Part shown: positions 29,202 through 39,108 of the stretch, one piece after another
How the letters are laid out: each line of letters begins with the position of its first letter
Position numbering within the stretch: position 1 is the stretch's first letter
Origin: a virus
UHGV virus genome: UHGV-0076293
Strand: one strand, 5' to 3'
DNA length: 64,000 bases
Program-made: the position numbers and the translations under genes
The notes under the pieces: generated by a model
Told to the model about the DNA's origin: nothing
The model's input: only the letters and a program-made list of their open reading frames with translations
Databases searched by the model: none

Positions 29202-29843
29202 ATGACACGTTACAATTTAGCTGACTTCTGCGATTGTGCCTTTTCTGTTGAAGGTGACAAACTTGTAATGGCTGCGCCAAACGCAAGAGTCTTATCGTTG
29301 TATCAAGCCGAAGTTATTGCAATTTCGATTTGGTTAGCAAGGGCTATAGACGGCGGCTGTAAGGACCTTGATAAAGAAGTGTTGAAAGTCGGTCGTCGTG
29401 AATTTGTGTATAAAGCAGAAATCCAGAACCGTTTACCACAGACCTTTTTAAGCAGCTTGCTTAAAGATGTCAACACCCCAGTTGTCAGCCGAACATTTGA
29501 CGGGGTGAAATATTACTCTTTTGAAGATTCGCACGTTGCTATCTGTGAAGGCGAGAATAAGTTTTTTACGACCGTTATCTACTTTCGTATTGTTGAACCT
29601 ACGAAAGAAGAACTGGTTTGCAACACTGCGAACGATGTGGCCGGGATGCGTATGGACGATATCACCGGTTCACTATCTGGATTAAATGACATACCGCGTA
29701 TTGTGGAGCGAGTCTTGGAAGGAGACGATTACTTTAAGCTGCTTCCGCTGGTAGCAAGCGAAGAAACAGAACAGGAAAGCGCTTTCATTCAGGTTAACCT
29801 TACCGCTGCGCAGGCGGTAGATCGTTTCTTCGAAGCTTTATAA
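29202..29843 (+). CDS. hypothetical protein (213 aa)
   Basis: ORF with TAGGAGAA RBS. Confidence 0.55.
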   Translation: MTRYNLADFCDCAFSVEGDKLVMAAPNARVLSLYQAEVIAISIWLARAIDGGCKDLDKEVLKVGRREFVYKAEIQNRLPQTFLSSLLKDVNTPVVSRTFDGVKYYSFEDSHVAICEGENKFFTTVIYFRIVEPTKEELVCNTANDVAGMRMDDITGSLSGLNDIPRIVERVLEGDDYFKLLPLVASEETEQESAFIQVNLTAAQAVDRFFEAL

Positions 29844-29847
29844 TCAG

Positions 29848-29877
29848 AAAGCCCTCTACGGAGGGCTTTATTTTTTC
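29848..29877 (+). terminator. intrinsic terminator (aaagccctc-tacg-gagggcttt + T-run)
   Basis: Hairpin + T6. Confidence 0.65.
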
Positions 29878-29895
29878 GACCTTTAGGAGATAGAA

Positions 29896-30447
29896 ATGAA
29901 CAAATTTAATATCTTAGACGCTAAAGTCGTATCCGAGTCTTCTATTCAGCAAGAAATCTTTCGTGTTCAGTTCGGTGAGAAAGTTCTGAATATTCCGCGC
30001 CCAGTTATGATTGGCTTAGCGATATTCGTTAACAACAGCCATTGCAATGGTTCGGCGTTGTCAGTTCTTGAGTACGGTGGCTACCAGTTCTATATTCCAG
30101 AGCATCTCGAGTATAACCGTTTTATTGAACTTAAACCGTTCTATAAATTCATGCTTGATGCAGGGTATTCGATTCTAACCAAAACGTATATTCGTGACTA
30201 CTCGAAGTTAGAATCTTTCTATCGTGCCCGTGGTCTTCGTGTCCCGCAACCGTTTGACGGATACCAGACCCGCGTTGTGTTAACTGCGCCGTTAACGAAA
30301 GAACTGGCTTCCTATAAACTGGATATCGAGCAGAAACTACTGCGTGACGACTTACTGAAAATCTATAACCAGTTGTCCGTGGTACCTTCTTCAACTGTCT
30401 CGAACATTGAACCAGAGTACGGAATAAGACAATACAAGGAAGGTTAA
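29896..30447 (+). CDS. hypothetical protein (183 aa)
   Basis: ORF with TAGGAGA RBS. Confidence 0.5.
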   Translation: MNKFNILDAKVVSESSIQQEIFRVQFGEKVLNIPRPVMIGLAIFVNNSHCNGSALSVLEYGGYQFYIPEHLEYNRFIELKPFYKFMLDAGYSILTKTYIRDYSKLESFYRARGLRVPQPFDGYQTRVVLTAPLTKELASYKLDIEQKLLRDDLLKIYNQLSVVPSSTVSNIEPEYGIRQYKEG

Positions 30448-30448
30448 G

Positions 30449-30754
30449 ATGAAACCGAGAGCCGACCGAGTAGACGTAATACATTTTGAAGAGTGTGAAA
30501 CCGAGTATCAGGTTAAACGCACTGATTTACGTTTAGTTATTCCTAAGCTAAACGAACCTGAGTGGAACGGCGAGCTGATGGTACCGCTTGCCGAACCAAT
30601 TAAAACGGGGACAGGCGAGATTAATTATCTCCATTTAGAAGCCGCCGGACGCAAAGTAACCGTTTGGCATCTTGCTGACGGTTACAAAACCAGTCAGCTT
30701 ACACGTAAAGCATTTATTCGGAAATTAAGAAAGTCGATGGGAGTTGTGAAATGA
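30449..30754 (+). CDS. hypothetical protein (101 aa)
   Basis: ORF tightly packed between neighbours. Confidence 0.45.
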   Translation: MKPRADRVDVIHFEECETEYQVKRTDLRLVIPKLNEPEWNGELMVPLAEPIKTGTGEINYLHLEAAGRKVTVWHLADGYKTSQLTRKAFIRKLRKSMGVVK

Positions 30755-31287
30755 CAGTTACTGTATCTTTGATTGCAGCAGCGGGACTTAATAATGAAAT
30801 AGGGAAAGACAATAAACTCCCTTGGCATATTCCCGATGACTTGAAGAACTTCAAAGCACTTACGTCAGGTAAGGTTATCGTGATGGGACGTAAGACGTGG
30901 GAGTCGTTGGGATATAAACCCTTACCGAACCGTCACCATGTTATCTTAACACGAAAACAAGGCGGTGTTCCTGACATCGACGGTGTGTTGAACCTTAAAG
31001 GTGGCATGGGGTCGGTTATCGAGTTTCTCAAGAAAGAAGTCGTGGAGAAAGATTACCCGAAAGAAATCTTTATTATTGGCGGCGCAGAGATTTACCACCA
31101 AGCGATGCCTTATGCAGATAAGATTTACTTGTCTCGTGTTGAGGTTAAGGTAGAGGGCGCGGATGCGTTCTTCCCTGAAATCGATCGCGATGTCTTCAGA
31201 CTGAATTACAACCTGACACACTATTCGAAACCAGAAAGTGGTATTCCGCGTTGGCATTATCAGATTTGGAAAAGAGATGGGCGCTGA
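30751..31287 (+). CDS. folA: dihydrofolate reductase
   Basis: VSLIAAAGLNNEIGKDNKLPWHIPDDLKNFKALTSGKVIVMGRKTWESLG and IIGGAEIY match DHFR signature regions; 178 aa. Confidence 0.85.
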   Translation: MTVTVSLIAAAGLNNEIGKDNKLPWHIPDDLKNFKALTSGKVIVMGRKTWESLGYKPLPNRHHVILTRKQGGVPDIDGVLNLKGGMGSVIEFLKKEVVEKDYPKEIFIIGGAEIYHQAMPYADKIYLSRVEVKVEGADAFFPEIDRDVFRLNYNLTHYSKPESGIPRWHYQIWKRDGR

Positions 31288-31573
31288 GTTTGTAACCTTA
31301 GAAAAACTCTTTTTAGGCAGCGTCGCTAAAGGGAAGATAGCCCGTTTCACCTGGAACCGTACTCCCGTAAAATACGCGTTTCTACGTCGTTTACACTACG
31401 AGAAAAGCATCAAGCTGGTCTTGGTCGTGTTGTTCGAAAACAAACGCGGATTGTTGATTAATAATCGTCGTTTTGCGGCGGAGATCTGGGCGACCACATC
31501 TGGCGGCGAGGAAGCATCTGTTGGCTTTGCTAACGATGAGGTTATCTTTGAGGGTATACCTTATCTGTTATAG
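31275..31573 (+). CDS. hypothetical small protein
   Basis: ORF overlapping DHFR 3' end; ATG at 31275 (track begins 31238); terminator downstream. Confidence 0.35.
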
Positions 31574-31586
31574 CACAGATAAACAT

Positions 31587-31621
31587 AAAAGGGGACTTCG
31601 GTTCCCTTTTATTTTTTTTTC
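31587..31621 (+). terminator. intrinsic terminator (aaaagggga-cttcgg-ttccctttt + T-run)
   Basis: Imperfect hairpin + T9. Confidence 0.55.
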
Positions 31622-31662
31622 ATTTCGCGCCTGTGATATGACTATAACGAAGGAACAAGCCA

Positions 31663-33171
31663 ATGCAACAGTATTTTGAAATTCCGTCGTTAGACGCGAC
31701 CATTCGCAAACCGATAATCGATGGCGTTATACAACGTGTACTTAATGAATCAGGTATTGATAAAGCAGCGGTTGTTTTCCTTGATGAATTCAATAGCGCA
31801 CATCAACCCGATTCCACGTTAGGCGACGGTACAGAAGTTGAGTACAGCTCGCCTGAAAAGGTGTATGTTGAAGTAGAAGAAGAACGTGATGAGTGGGCCA
31901 GAATCAATCGTCAGGTTGGTCAGCAAGCCGAACCGTACTTCTTTGAAAACTCCGTCGATCAGGTACGCGCCTGGCCCGTTAGAACGATGTATAACGTAAC
32001 GGTGACGTTACGACGTACCAGTGCTTCTCGCGATGAGTTATTGCGCTGGACAAACCGTTTAGACTCGTTAGTGGACATGGGTCGGTATTCGACAATGACC
32101 GAGTCAGAAGCGTTTTATTATATTCCGAAACCGGCACTGAAGTTGCTGAATGCCTGTTATGTCGCCGCAGGGACTCGTGTACCGACGTTTGATGATTTTA
32201 AAGCCTATCTCAAAGCGTACTTTACACCCGACGTGTTTCGCGCTGCTAACGTTGCCGGTGGACAGGAATCTATTGCGGTTCGCTATGCACCTACTCGCTT
32301 AGAGACTGTATACGACGTTCAGACACCTGCCTGGGATAAAGACGAGAACCACTGGGAAGCTACATTCGTCGTGCGTTTCTCTTATCAACGTCCTGAAGAG
32401 ATTGTGGTTTCGTATCCGTATATCATCAACCAGACACCGCTTCCTGATGAATATTGGCCAGAGATAGATCCACCGTGGGTGTCTAACGAAGAACTGGTGT
32501 ATCGTCATCCGCAACAAAAGAATCTCGATTCAACGTGGTGGATTAACGAAACCCGTCAGTATATTCGTTTACCGTATCTACTGTCACCGACAGAACAGTT
32601 CCACCGTACACATTCCCCGTTAAAAGATAAACTCTTACACGTTTTCGGAACAGACGTTGTATTTGATGAAGACAATATGAGCTCACCGAAAGTGTTATCT
32701 GTGGAGGATTTACCGTACGAGTGGAATCCAGATTTGTTGCCGTATATCGAACACTGTCGTGCAATAGACCCTACCGGACAGACAGGTGTCTTCCGTGTGG
32801 AGCTGTTCGAAGAAGGACAAATCATCGAACCGCGTTTCTATCATTGGGAAGACAATACCTTCTTTTTGAAAGGACGTGATTTAAAAGTTAACAAGAGTTA
32901 CTACCTAACCGAATCGGTGATGTTCGACTGGCGAGGGATGAACCTGTGGCCACTCCAGCTCTATCCTAAAGCTGCGAAAGTGTTGATAGAATGGTTATTT
33001 CCGAAATGGGATGTACCGGACTGGTGGTGGGATAAACCCGTATTACCGCCTAGTGTTGTCGACGACATTAATAAACTGATTCCTAACGTAGAAGCCCGCG
33101 TCTTGCTGACGGTGCTGAACTCGACTGTGATTACCATGCGAGGGACAGAGAATGCTCAAAGCGAAGCGTGA
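31663..33171 (+). CDS. hypothetical protein (502 aa)
   Basis: ORF with AAGGAA RBS. Confidence 0.55.
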   Translation: MQQYFEIPSLDATIRKPIIDGVIQRVLNESGIDKAAVVFLDEFNSAHQPDSTLGDGTEVEYSSPEKVYVEVEEERDEWARINRQVGQQAEPYFFENSVDQVRAWPVRTMYNVTVTLRRTSASRDELLRWTNRLDSLVDMGRYSTMTESEAFYYIPKPALKLLNACYVAAGTRVPTFDDFKAYLKAYFTPDVFRAANVAGGQESIAVRYAPTRLETVYDVQTPAWDKDENHWEATFVVRFSYQRPEEIVVSYPYIINQTPLPDEYWPEIDPPWVSNEELVYRHPQQKNLDSTWWINETRQYIRLPYLLSPTEQFHRTHSPLKDKLLHVFGTDVVFDEDNMSSPKVLSVEDLPYEWNPDLLPYIEHCRAIDPTGQTGVFRVELFEEGQIIEPRFYHWEDNTFFLKGRDLKVNKSYYLTESVMFDWRGMNLWPLQLYPKAAKVLIEWLFPKWDVPDWWWDKPVLPPSVVDDINKLIPNVEARVLLTVLNSTVITMRGTENAQSEA

Positions 33172-34522
33172 TAAGCCGTCAACATTTGAACCCGTAGACC
33201 GGCCTATCCCCGAATTAAATAAACCACAGGACGGTGTAAAAGAAACCACCAATATCGTTACGCAACCCACACGTACAACTGTTACTGATTTAGACCGTAT
33301 TCCAAAGCAATACCTAATGAAGTATCTGGAAGGGTCAGCGTGGACGGTGGACTTCTTTAACTTCCTGAAAGGAAGAAACGACGCCAAGAAGTTTTTCGAT
33401 TCGAAAGTGCTTACACCTGACCAACAGGTGGAGAAAATCATCGGGTTGGAGCTGCGTGTAACGACACCGCTCGACCGTAGCCAAGACACCACGAACAAAA
33501 CGTTCAGCATGTCAGGCGCTGCAACAATTGCAAACTCGATTATCCCTAACGAGGGTTGCTTTTTCATCGCCCCTATCGGTGACGGTCGTTTCGCGTTGTT
33601 TAACGTTACCAACGTTGTGCGTATGTCGAATAACAAAGTCGCGACGTACAACATTGAATACACGTTACTTTTCGAAGTTGACCCAGAAACCGCAGAAACG
33701 ATTCGTCGTTGTACCGTACGTGAATACTACTACGTTGCAGAGCGTGCCTGGACAGGTGGTGATACACTTCTCACACCGAAAGAGTACCGTGCGTTCCTGG
33801 AAGTCGTTGACGCGATTGAAGACATTGAACAGACGTATGTAAAACGTTTCTACGACGGTGAAACGGCCACGTTGTTGTTCCCACACGATCGTCACAGCGA
33901 CGGTTTGCGTAGCCGTGCTTACTACGACGTGTTCTTAGCGCTGTTTGTGCGCGCGGTGGGGTTACGTACCGTAGGTAAGGATATTCAGATTTATCCGCAC
34001 CCACCGATGAACGTGGAAGACATTGAAACGGTGTGGACAGCGCTGCTGCAACAGTCGCCAACGTTCTTAGCAGATTACAAACGTGACAGCACGGTGTGGC
34101 AAACGAAAACTTTCCGTACGATGCAACATCGTAACTCGGTAACGTGGTCGTTGATCTCTGATACCCGGTTCTTTACGGAAGAGTTAAAGCCAGGTTACGG
34201 GATGGCGCAACGTTTCCCCGGTCAGTGGCCAGAATGGAAACCGTTTGAGCCGGTTGAAGTTGAAAACTATCGTGGGAACGAAGGGGAGTCTATTCCGGCC
34301 TTCCTACCGCTGTCCTTTAAACCGTATTTGCTGAGCGAGACGTTCTACGACGGTTCTTACAGTTCGTTGTTGGAATACGGCTTGTACTTGTACCTGCATA
34401 AACGTTCGCTACCGTCGGTAATTGCGTTAAAACTGTTTGAGGAAGTTTATAAGCTCCCGAAAGACGCACAGTTCTATTACATTCCGATGGTGTATCTGCT
34501 TTTAAGATATTCGAGGGATTAA
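33152..34522 (+). CDS. hypothetical protein (456 aa)
   Basis: ORF overlapping upstream gene end. Confidence 0.5.
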   Translation: MLKAKRDKPSTFEPVDRPIPELNKPQDGVKETTNIVTQPTRTTVTDLDRIPKQYLMKYLEGSAWTVDFFNFLKGRNDAKKFFDSKVLTPDQQVEKIIGLELRVTTPLDRSQDTTNKTFSMSGAATIANSIIPNEGCFFIAPIGDGRFALFNVTNVVRMSNNKVATYNIEYTLLFEVDPETAETIRRCTVREYYYVAERAWTGGDTLLTPKEYRAFLEVVDAIEDIEQTYVKRFYDGETATLLFPHDRHSDGLRSRAYYDVFLALFVRAVGLRTVGKDIQIYPHPPMNVEDIETVWTALLQQSPTFLADYKRDSTVWQTKTFRTMQHRNSVTWSLISDTRFFTEELKPGYGMAQRFPGQWPEWKPFEPVEVENYRGNEGESIPAFLPLSFKPYLLSETFYDGSYSSLLEYGLYLYLHKRSLPSVIALKLFEEVYKLPKDAQFYYIPMVYLLLRYSRD

Positions 34523-34523
34523 T

Positions 34524-35063
34524 GTGTCAGTGAAACGTAGTGCAGCATTTATGCTGTTCCATAAGTGGGTAGCATGGCGGGTTCCTGAATGGACAACCAT
34601 CACCCAGTATATGTCGCAAGAACACGGATTGTTCTTGCCGGATGACGAAAAGAAAGCACGAGCGATTTTGTTGAATAAGAAAACGGTCTATATGCGGCCA
34701 TTTGAAGTGGCGGTGTATGCAGAGACCGGTGCTGCGTTAGATGTTCACGATCCGAATGACGGTATTATCGTTTACGGATATATCATGGAACACCTAGCAG
34801 ATTGGTTACATTACATGCAAGAGCCTCATCTGACGACGCGTAAAGTGCCGATAGAAGGACTCCGTCAGTTCAACGCCTTAGCATGTAAACTCTTTCCCGT
34901 TGCTAACCGATACGGTTATTTTAAGAAACCGGAAGTGACGATGGCGACGTCGGTACAAGCGTTATTTGGAGAGGTGCGTTTAGAAACGCAGCAACACCGT
35001 TTTAACGATACGATAATGCGACGTATAGAAGCGATTTATCGTAAAAGGGGAGGTATACTGTAA
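34524..35063 (+). CDS. hypothetical protein (179 aa), GTG start
   Basis: GAGGGA RBS 5 nt upstream of GTG. Confidence 0.45.
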   Translation: MSVKRSAAFMLFHKWVAWRVPEWTTITQYMSQEHGLFLPDDEKKARAILLNKKTVYMRPFEVAVYAETGAALDVHDPNDGIIVYGYIMEHLADWLHYMQEPHLTTRKVPIEGLRQFNALACKLFPVANRYGYFKKPEVTMATSVQALFGEVRLETQQHRFNDTIMRRIEAIYRKRGGIL

Positions 35064-36382
35064 TGTCGTTTGGTCGGTTACAGAACATAGCAAACGTGCA
35101 CATTGCACAAGCGGCGGGATTACCGGCCATCGAATACGTACCTATCATTACGGTACGTGGCACAGTTATCAGCGTATTTAAAACGTTGTCGATAATCCAT
35201 GCCAGTAACTTCGCACAGGACTTAACGACTATCACCCATCTTACCGTGATGATACCGTTAAGCCAACAGCGTGTGTTAACGTCTTCCGCAGACGGGGATT
35301 TGTCCGTGAAAATTCTAATGCGGACAATGAACAAGAAAACCGTTGCGAAACTCGACTATCGGGGTATCGTCGTGAACAACCACGATCCCGATATGGAATC
35401 GCCCACGATGTTCTTAGGTGAGTCTGACCAGAAAGCGTTAGCGGTCGTCACCCTGGAGTTGATGGACGAGTCGATGTGGTTCTTACGTTGCCGTCAAGTC
35501 GGTGGGATTTATCACGAGACAGATGGTCTTAGTGTTGTTCGTGCACTGCTGGCAGATACGTTACCTACTGGTGATGCGCCAGAAGGCCAGTTGGTGGGTG
35601 TGGAGTACGAGGAAGAGGAGCAACAGCCCTATCGGGATATTTTGATTCCTGACTCGGAAAGTTTCCTGTCCGTGTTCGATTACCTTCAGAATCGTTACGG
35701 GGTTTATAGTCAAGGTCTGGGGGTGTTCCTCTACAAACACCGTTGGTATATTTTCCAACCTTGGGATTCTAAGAAGTTTTCATCAGCGAAGAATAAGCTG
35801 GTGATTATAAACCTGCCGAAAGAGAAAGCAGCGTATCTGAATAAGACCTGCCACATTGACGGTGACGTGATTTACCTGATATGTGGTGGCGATGTCCACA
35901 CCTTCGAAGATAAAGACTCCTTAGCACTAAACCAAGGTACCGGTTATCGTGTGGGGTCTATCCGTGCGTTGGATGGCCGTGCGTCTTCTTTCTCGTCAGG
36001 CGATGTTTCTGCTACAACGTCAGATTCGTTCGTGTCAGCGGCTGATCCGACGCAATATCCAGGTGGGGTGGTTAACGCACCAATAGACCCGAACCAACAC
36101 TTCTCGGACACAGATAAACCGCAACGGTCTAAGTTGGCGGCGGCGAAAGGGACGCTAACAGCAACAACCTGGAACGCATCAACGTACGGCTTACTCCGTC
36201 CGGGGATGGCAGTAAAATATATTTATGCGAATAACTATGGTGTATACACGCGTTACGGAACATTAGTTGCAGAAGTTTTCCAAGGTGCAATTGATGGTGG
36301 TTCAGCGGCTTCACCACGGTTTAATACCATTAGCCAGTTGACGTTGTGGCTGACTAATGAAAATTTTACATCCACAACGTAA
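35063..36382 (+). CDS. hypothetical protein (439 aa)
   Basis: ORF with GGGGAGG RBS; start overlaps upstream stop. Confidence 0.5.
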   Translation: MSFGRLQNIANVHIAQAAGLPAIEYVPIITVRGTVISVFKTLSIIHASNFAQDLTTITHLTVMIPLSQQRVLTSSADGDLSVKILMRTMNKKTVAKLDYRGIVVNNHDPDMESPTMFLGESDQKALAVVTLELMDESMWFLRCRQVGGIYHETDGLSVVRALLADTLPTGDAPEGQLVGVEYEEEEQQPYRDILIPDSESFLSVFDYLQNRYGVYSQGLGVFLYKHRWYIFQPWDSKKFSSAKNKLVIINLPKEKAAYLNKTCHIDGDVIYLICGGDVHTFEDKDSLALNQGTGYRVGSIRALDGRASSFSSGDVSATTSDSFVSAADPTQYPGGVVNAPIDPNQHFSDTDKPQRSKLAAAKGTLTATTWNASTYGLLRPGMAVKYIYANNYGVYTRYGTLVAEVFQGAIDGGSAASPRFNTISQLTLWLTNENFTSTT

Positions 36383-36414
36383 GTTATGTCGACAGCAACC
36401 TAAAGGATTTGTTA

Positions 36415-37215
36415 ATGAGCAATTTACTTACTTTCCGCATGTCTGGTCAAACGTTAATGCAGATTGACGAGTACGAAAAAGAACATTTCGCTAAACCGTC
36501 TAAACTGTTAGAACGTTGCTTAAAGGTTATTCCAGGCGGCGAGCATTGTCAGCTAGATTTCGTCATGGCGTCTTCTGCTGACAAAACGGTCTCTGTTATC
36601 TACACGGTTGACGGAGTACAGGGCCATCGCTTATTACCGATTGAAGAAAAAGGTTCTTTGGGTAATTTGTTGTTCTTGCACGCAATCACGACTGCGGTAG
36701 TGACGGGAGCACTGGAAGCGCAGTACGGTTTCGCGTATTGTTATTTCTACGCACAGAAGTTGGCGAATGCGGTAGTTCCAGGAGAACCAGAAACGTATCC
36801 GAAGTATATCGAACGTTTGCTTCCGACGCATTTTGCTGAGTCTGACGACTATGAGTTCAATGCTTTCCGTTTCACGATGGTTGGCGAAGCACGCGATCCT
36901 GAAAACACCATTGCGTTACGTGCTGTTGTTCGTTACGCAGTAATTTCGTCTGACAGCGGAATGGCAAGCAACTTCAACGAAGTGTTCCCGGTTATGCAAC
37001 TAGGTCCGTATATCACGTTTAATGCGTACGTACCGTTTACTTGTCAGTTAATCGGCCCGCAGGATAACGATTCTATCCTCCCGATTACTGAAGAGAAAGG
37101 TCTGCATATTCGTGACGCTGTAGAAGTCATCAATGATAAACGTTTTACGATCTCATCAAAAAGCGGTATTGCTGATGAAGAACTTGCGGTCGTGAACAAA
37201 ATGCAAGTGATGTAA
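36415..37215 (+). CDS. hypothetical protein
   Basis: ATG at 36415 with AAAGGA RBS (track begins at TTG 36409). Confidence 0.5.
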   Translation: MSNLLTFRMSGQTLMQIDEYEKEHFAKPSKLLERCLKVIPGGEHCQLDFVMASSADKTVSVIYTVDGVQGHRLLPIEEKGSLGNLLFLHAITTAVVTGALEAQYGFAYCYFYAQKLANAVVPGEPETYPKYIERLLPTHFAESDDYEFNAFRFTMVGEARDPENTIALRAVVRYAVISSDSGMASNFNEVFPVMQLGPYITFNAYVPFTCQLIGPQDNDSILPITEEKGLHIRDAVEVINDKRFTISSKSGIADEELAVVNKMQVM

Positions 37216-37220
37216 AATTA

Positions 37221-37258
37221 TCCCGTTACCTTTGTGGGTAACGGGATGTCCTTTTATT
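37221..37258 (+). terminator. intrinsic terminator (tcccgttacc-loop-ggtaacggga + T-rich)
   Basis: 10-bp stem + ttttattt. Confidence 0.65.
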
Positions 37259-37379
37259 TACTCGTAAATGCGTCTTAGACGCTGTTTTACACCTTAAGAC
37301 GATTAATGGTGTTTAAAAAATAAAAGGTCGTCAGAATGCGATACAGCGCGTTTTAGAGGGTGTTTTAATTAAAAATATT

Positions 37380-37415
37380 TTCAGATATATATTACTTAGG
37401 TGAGAGAATTACGTA
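37380..37415 (+). promoter_or_regulatory. conserved promoter-like element TCAGATATATATTACTTAGGTGAG (copy 2) followed by palindrome ATTACGTAAT
   Basis: Matches 29126-29150 at 23/24 positions; sits in the longest intergenic gap (37216-37452), ~50 nt before ATG 37453. Confidence 0.45.
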
Positions 37416-37452
37416 ATACTCATTTATCGAATACCTAATTAGGAGCTATATC

Positions 37453-37596
37453 ATGATTTCTGTAAAACACAAAAAAGCTATCTTCGCTGTTGTTATCGCT
37501 GTTGTTCTGGGTTGCCTGTACCTGGATATCGATAAAGGCTACGACACTTGCATCGACAACGGTAATTCCGTTGCGCAGTGCACTGGTCGTGGTTAA
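37453..37596 (+). CDS. small hydrophobic protein (47 aa), possible lipoprotein/membrane peptide
   Basis: Not in ORF track (<60 aa); AGGAG RBS; sequence MISVKHKKAIFAVVIAVVLGCLYLD... with lipobox-like VLGC; own terminator. Confidence 0.45.
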   Translation: MISVKHKKAIFAVVIAVVLGCLYLDIDKGYDTCIDNGNSVAQCTGRG

Positions 37597-37603
37597 TGTA
37601 TAA

Positions 37604-37632
37604 GGCACCTTCGGGTGCCCTTAATTTTTTTA
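37604..37632 (+). terminator. intrinsic terminator (ggcacc-ttcg-ggtgcc + T-run)
   Basis: Tetraloop hairpin + ttaattttttta. Confidence 0.6.
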
Positions 37633-37650
37633 TTAATTGGAGCATAAACG

Positions 37651-38466
37651 ATGATTACTATTAAAGATTATTTTCCGCGTGGGTTGAGCAATGAAAACTT
37701 CGTTCCAACTGAAGACATTGCCATCGTTGCAGAGTCCAGCGATAAGTCTTTTAAACTCTACTTGAGTACGGCAGCAGGAAAATCCACTCTTATCCTTCGT
37801 GAACCTGAAGTGATAAGCATCTGCTCGTTTGGGGGTGGTGTAGAAGGAACGATTAACTGGTTGAAATCCAGAATGCATCGTTTGCTTATCGTGAATACCG
37901 ATCCTGTGATTCGTTTACAGCAATTGAAATCGTTGAATGAAATTATCGTCGGATTATTGGAACATGAAACGTTTGGTAATGCTGAGATTGCGGAAGCGAT
38001 TAAATCTGTAGAACTAATCGAGTGGAGCGATATCGAATACGAACGTGCTGGGTTATTCGCAATGTACGGTGATGATAATCCCGTTGCGTTTGCACAAACG
38101 TTGGATAATGTTACCGTAACAGCGCGCGTATTGTTTGGTTTACAACGTGTTGAGTTTGAACTGAAACACGTCTACGTGAGCAATAAACCGGAGATGGTGG
38201 AGACATTGATTCGTGCTTTCGCATACCCGTTAGACGGTGAATGGGAACAGCAGATTAATGAAGCGTTAGAAGCCATGCATTTCCTGGCTGAAACGTTAAG
38301 GAAGGATGAGAAATTGAAAGGTCGTGTTTATCCAGAACACGATTTTGTTTGTGAAGAATGTGGAGCACAGTATCAAATCCGTGTTCCTTTAACCGGCCTA
38401 ACATTCCCGCAAGCCAACGTGCAATGTAAGGAATGTGGTCATGTTCAATACGTAGCGATTAAATAA
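37651..38466 (+). CDS. hypothetical protein with C-terminal zinc-ribbon (CEECG...CKECG)
   Basis: 271-aa ORF, GGAG RBS; two CxxC pairs 24 aa apart near C-terminus. Confidence 0.5.
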   Translation: MITIKDYFPRGLSNENFVPTEDIAIVAESSDKSFKLYLSTAAGKSTLILREPEVISICSFGGGVEGTINWLKSRMHRLLIVNTDPVIRLQQLKSLNEIIVGLLEHETFGNAEIAEAIKSVELIEWSDIEYERAGLFAMYGDDNPVAFAQTLDNVTVTARVLFGLQRVEFELKHVYVSNKPEMVETLIRAFAYPLDGEWEQQINEALEAMHFLAETLRKDEKLKGRVYPEHDFVCEECGAQYQIRVPLTGLTFPQANVQCKECGHVQYVAIK

Positions 38467-38472
38467 AAGCAA

Positions 38473-38516
38473 CCCCTAATCCCGAAAAGGATTAGGGGTA
38501 CACTTTATTTATTTTC
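38473..38516 (+). terminator. intrinsic terminator (cccctaatcc-cgaaaa-ggattagggg + T-rich)
   Basis: 10-bp stem + tttatttatttt. Confidence 0.65.
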
Positions 38517-38538
38517 GCTCTTAAAAGGAAATTGTGTC

Positions 38539-38694
38539 ATGAGAAATGTTAATGCAATGCTTAACCAGGCATTTGTTAACCAACAGCGTTTTCAGGAACG
38601 CTTAGCACAACTTAAAACACAACACAGACCACCACAACAAAGAGTGGTTAAGAGCAAGTTCGGCGAAATGGTTTTCGAAAGAAAATCTTTCTAA
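38539..38694 (+). CDS. small basic protein, member A of a 3-gene paralog array (51 aa)
   Basis: Not in ORF track; AAAAGGAA RBS; C-terminal half RVVKSKFGEMVFERKSF resembles the two downstream small ORFs. Confidence 0.45.
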   Translation: MRNVNAMLNQAFVNQQRFQERLAQLKTQHRPPQQRVVKSKFGEMVFERKSF

Positions 38695-38702
38695 TAACCG
38701 TT

Positions 38703-38727
38703 AGGGGTGTGACAGCACCCCTTTTTA
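38703..38727 (+). terminator. intrinsic terminator (aggggtg-tgacag-cacccct + T5)
   Basis: Hairpin + T-run. Confidence 0.55.
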
Positions 38728-38844
38728 CGCTTTAACTTTTCCAAAGAGAAGTTAAAGCAGTAAGGACTGTTGGCGCAGTCCTTACTTGTCATCGCTATTA
38801 CAGAAACGTGATAGCACAATTCTAATTTTTAGAGGCGATCAGAA

Positions 38845-39012
38845 ATGTTCGACAGTATTACACAAATTTTTAACACTACCGTAAACAATCACGCTCAGCA
38901 AGCGAAGTTTAATGAACGATTAAGGGAAGTTCAACAATTAGGATTAAATAAAAGATTAAAATCTTCCAATAATCCTCGAGTACAGATCTTCACCGAAAGG
39001 AGAAGTAACTGA
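38845..39012 (+). CDS. small basic protein, member B of paralog array (55 aa)
   Basis: Not in ORF track; ...QQLGLNKRLKSSNNPRVQIFTERRSN closely parallels member C. Confidence 0.45.
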   Translation: MFDSITQIFNTTVNNHAQQAKFNERLREVQQLGLNKRLKSSNNPRVQIFTERRSN

Positions 39013-39020
39013 TAAAAACA

Positions 39021-39050
39021 AGGTGAGCTGTTGGAGCAGCTCACCTTTTA
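39021..39050 (+). terminator. intrinsic terminator (aggtgagctg-ttggag-cagctcacct + tttt)
   Basis: 10-bp stem. Confidence 0.55.
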
Positions 39051-39108
39051 CAACGCCATTACGTTTCCGTAATGGATTTCTTTAATCACCCTACAAAGAG
39101 GGCTTACC

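Noticed and set aside
37216-37452. Possible tRNA or small RNA gene in the longest intergenic gap
   Set aside because: No cloverleaf-compatible acceptor/T-arm pairing or GTTC-type T-loop visible; the region is better explained as promoter plus leader
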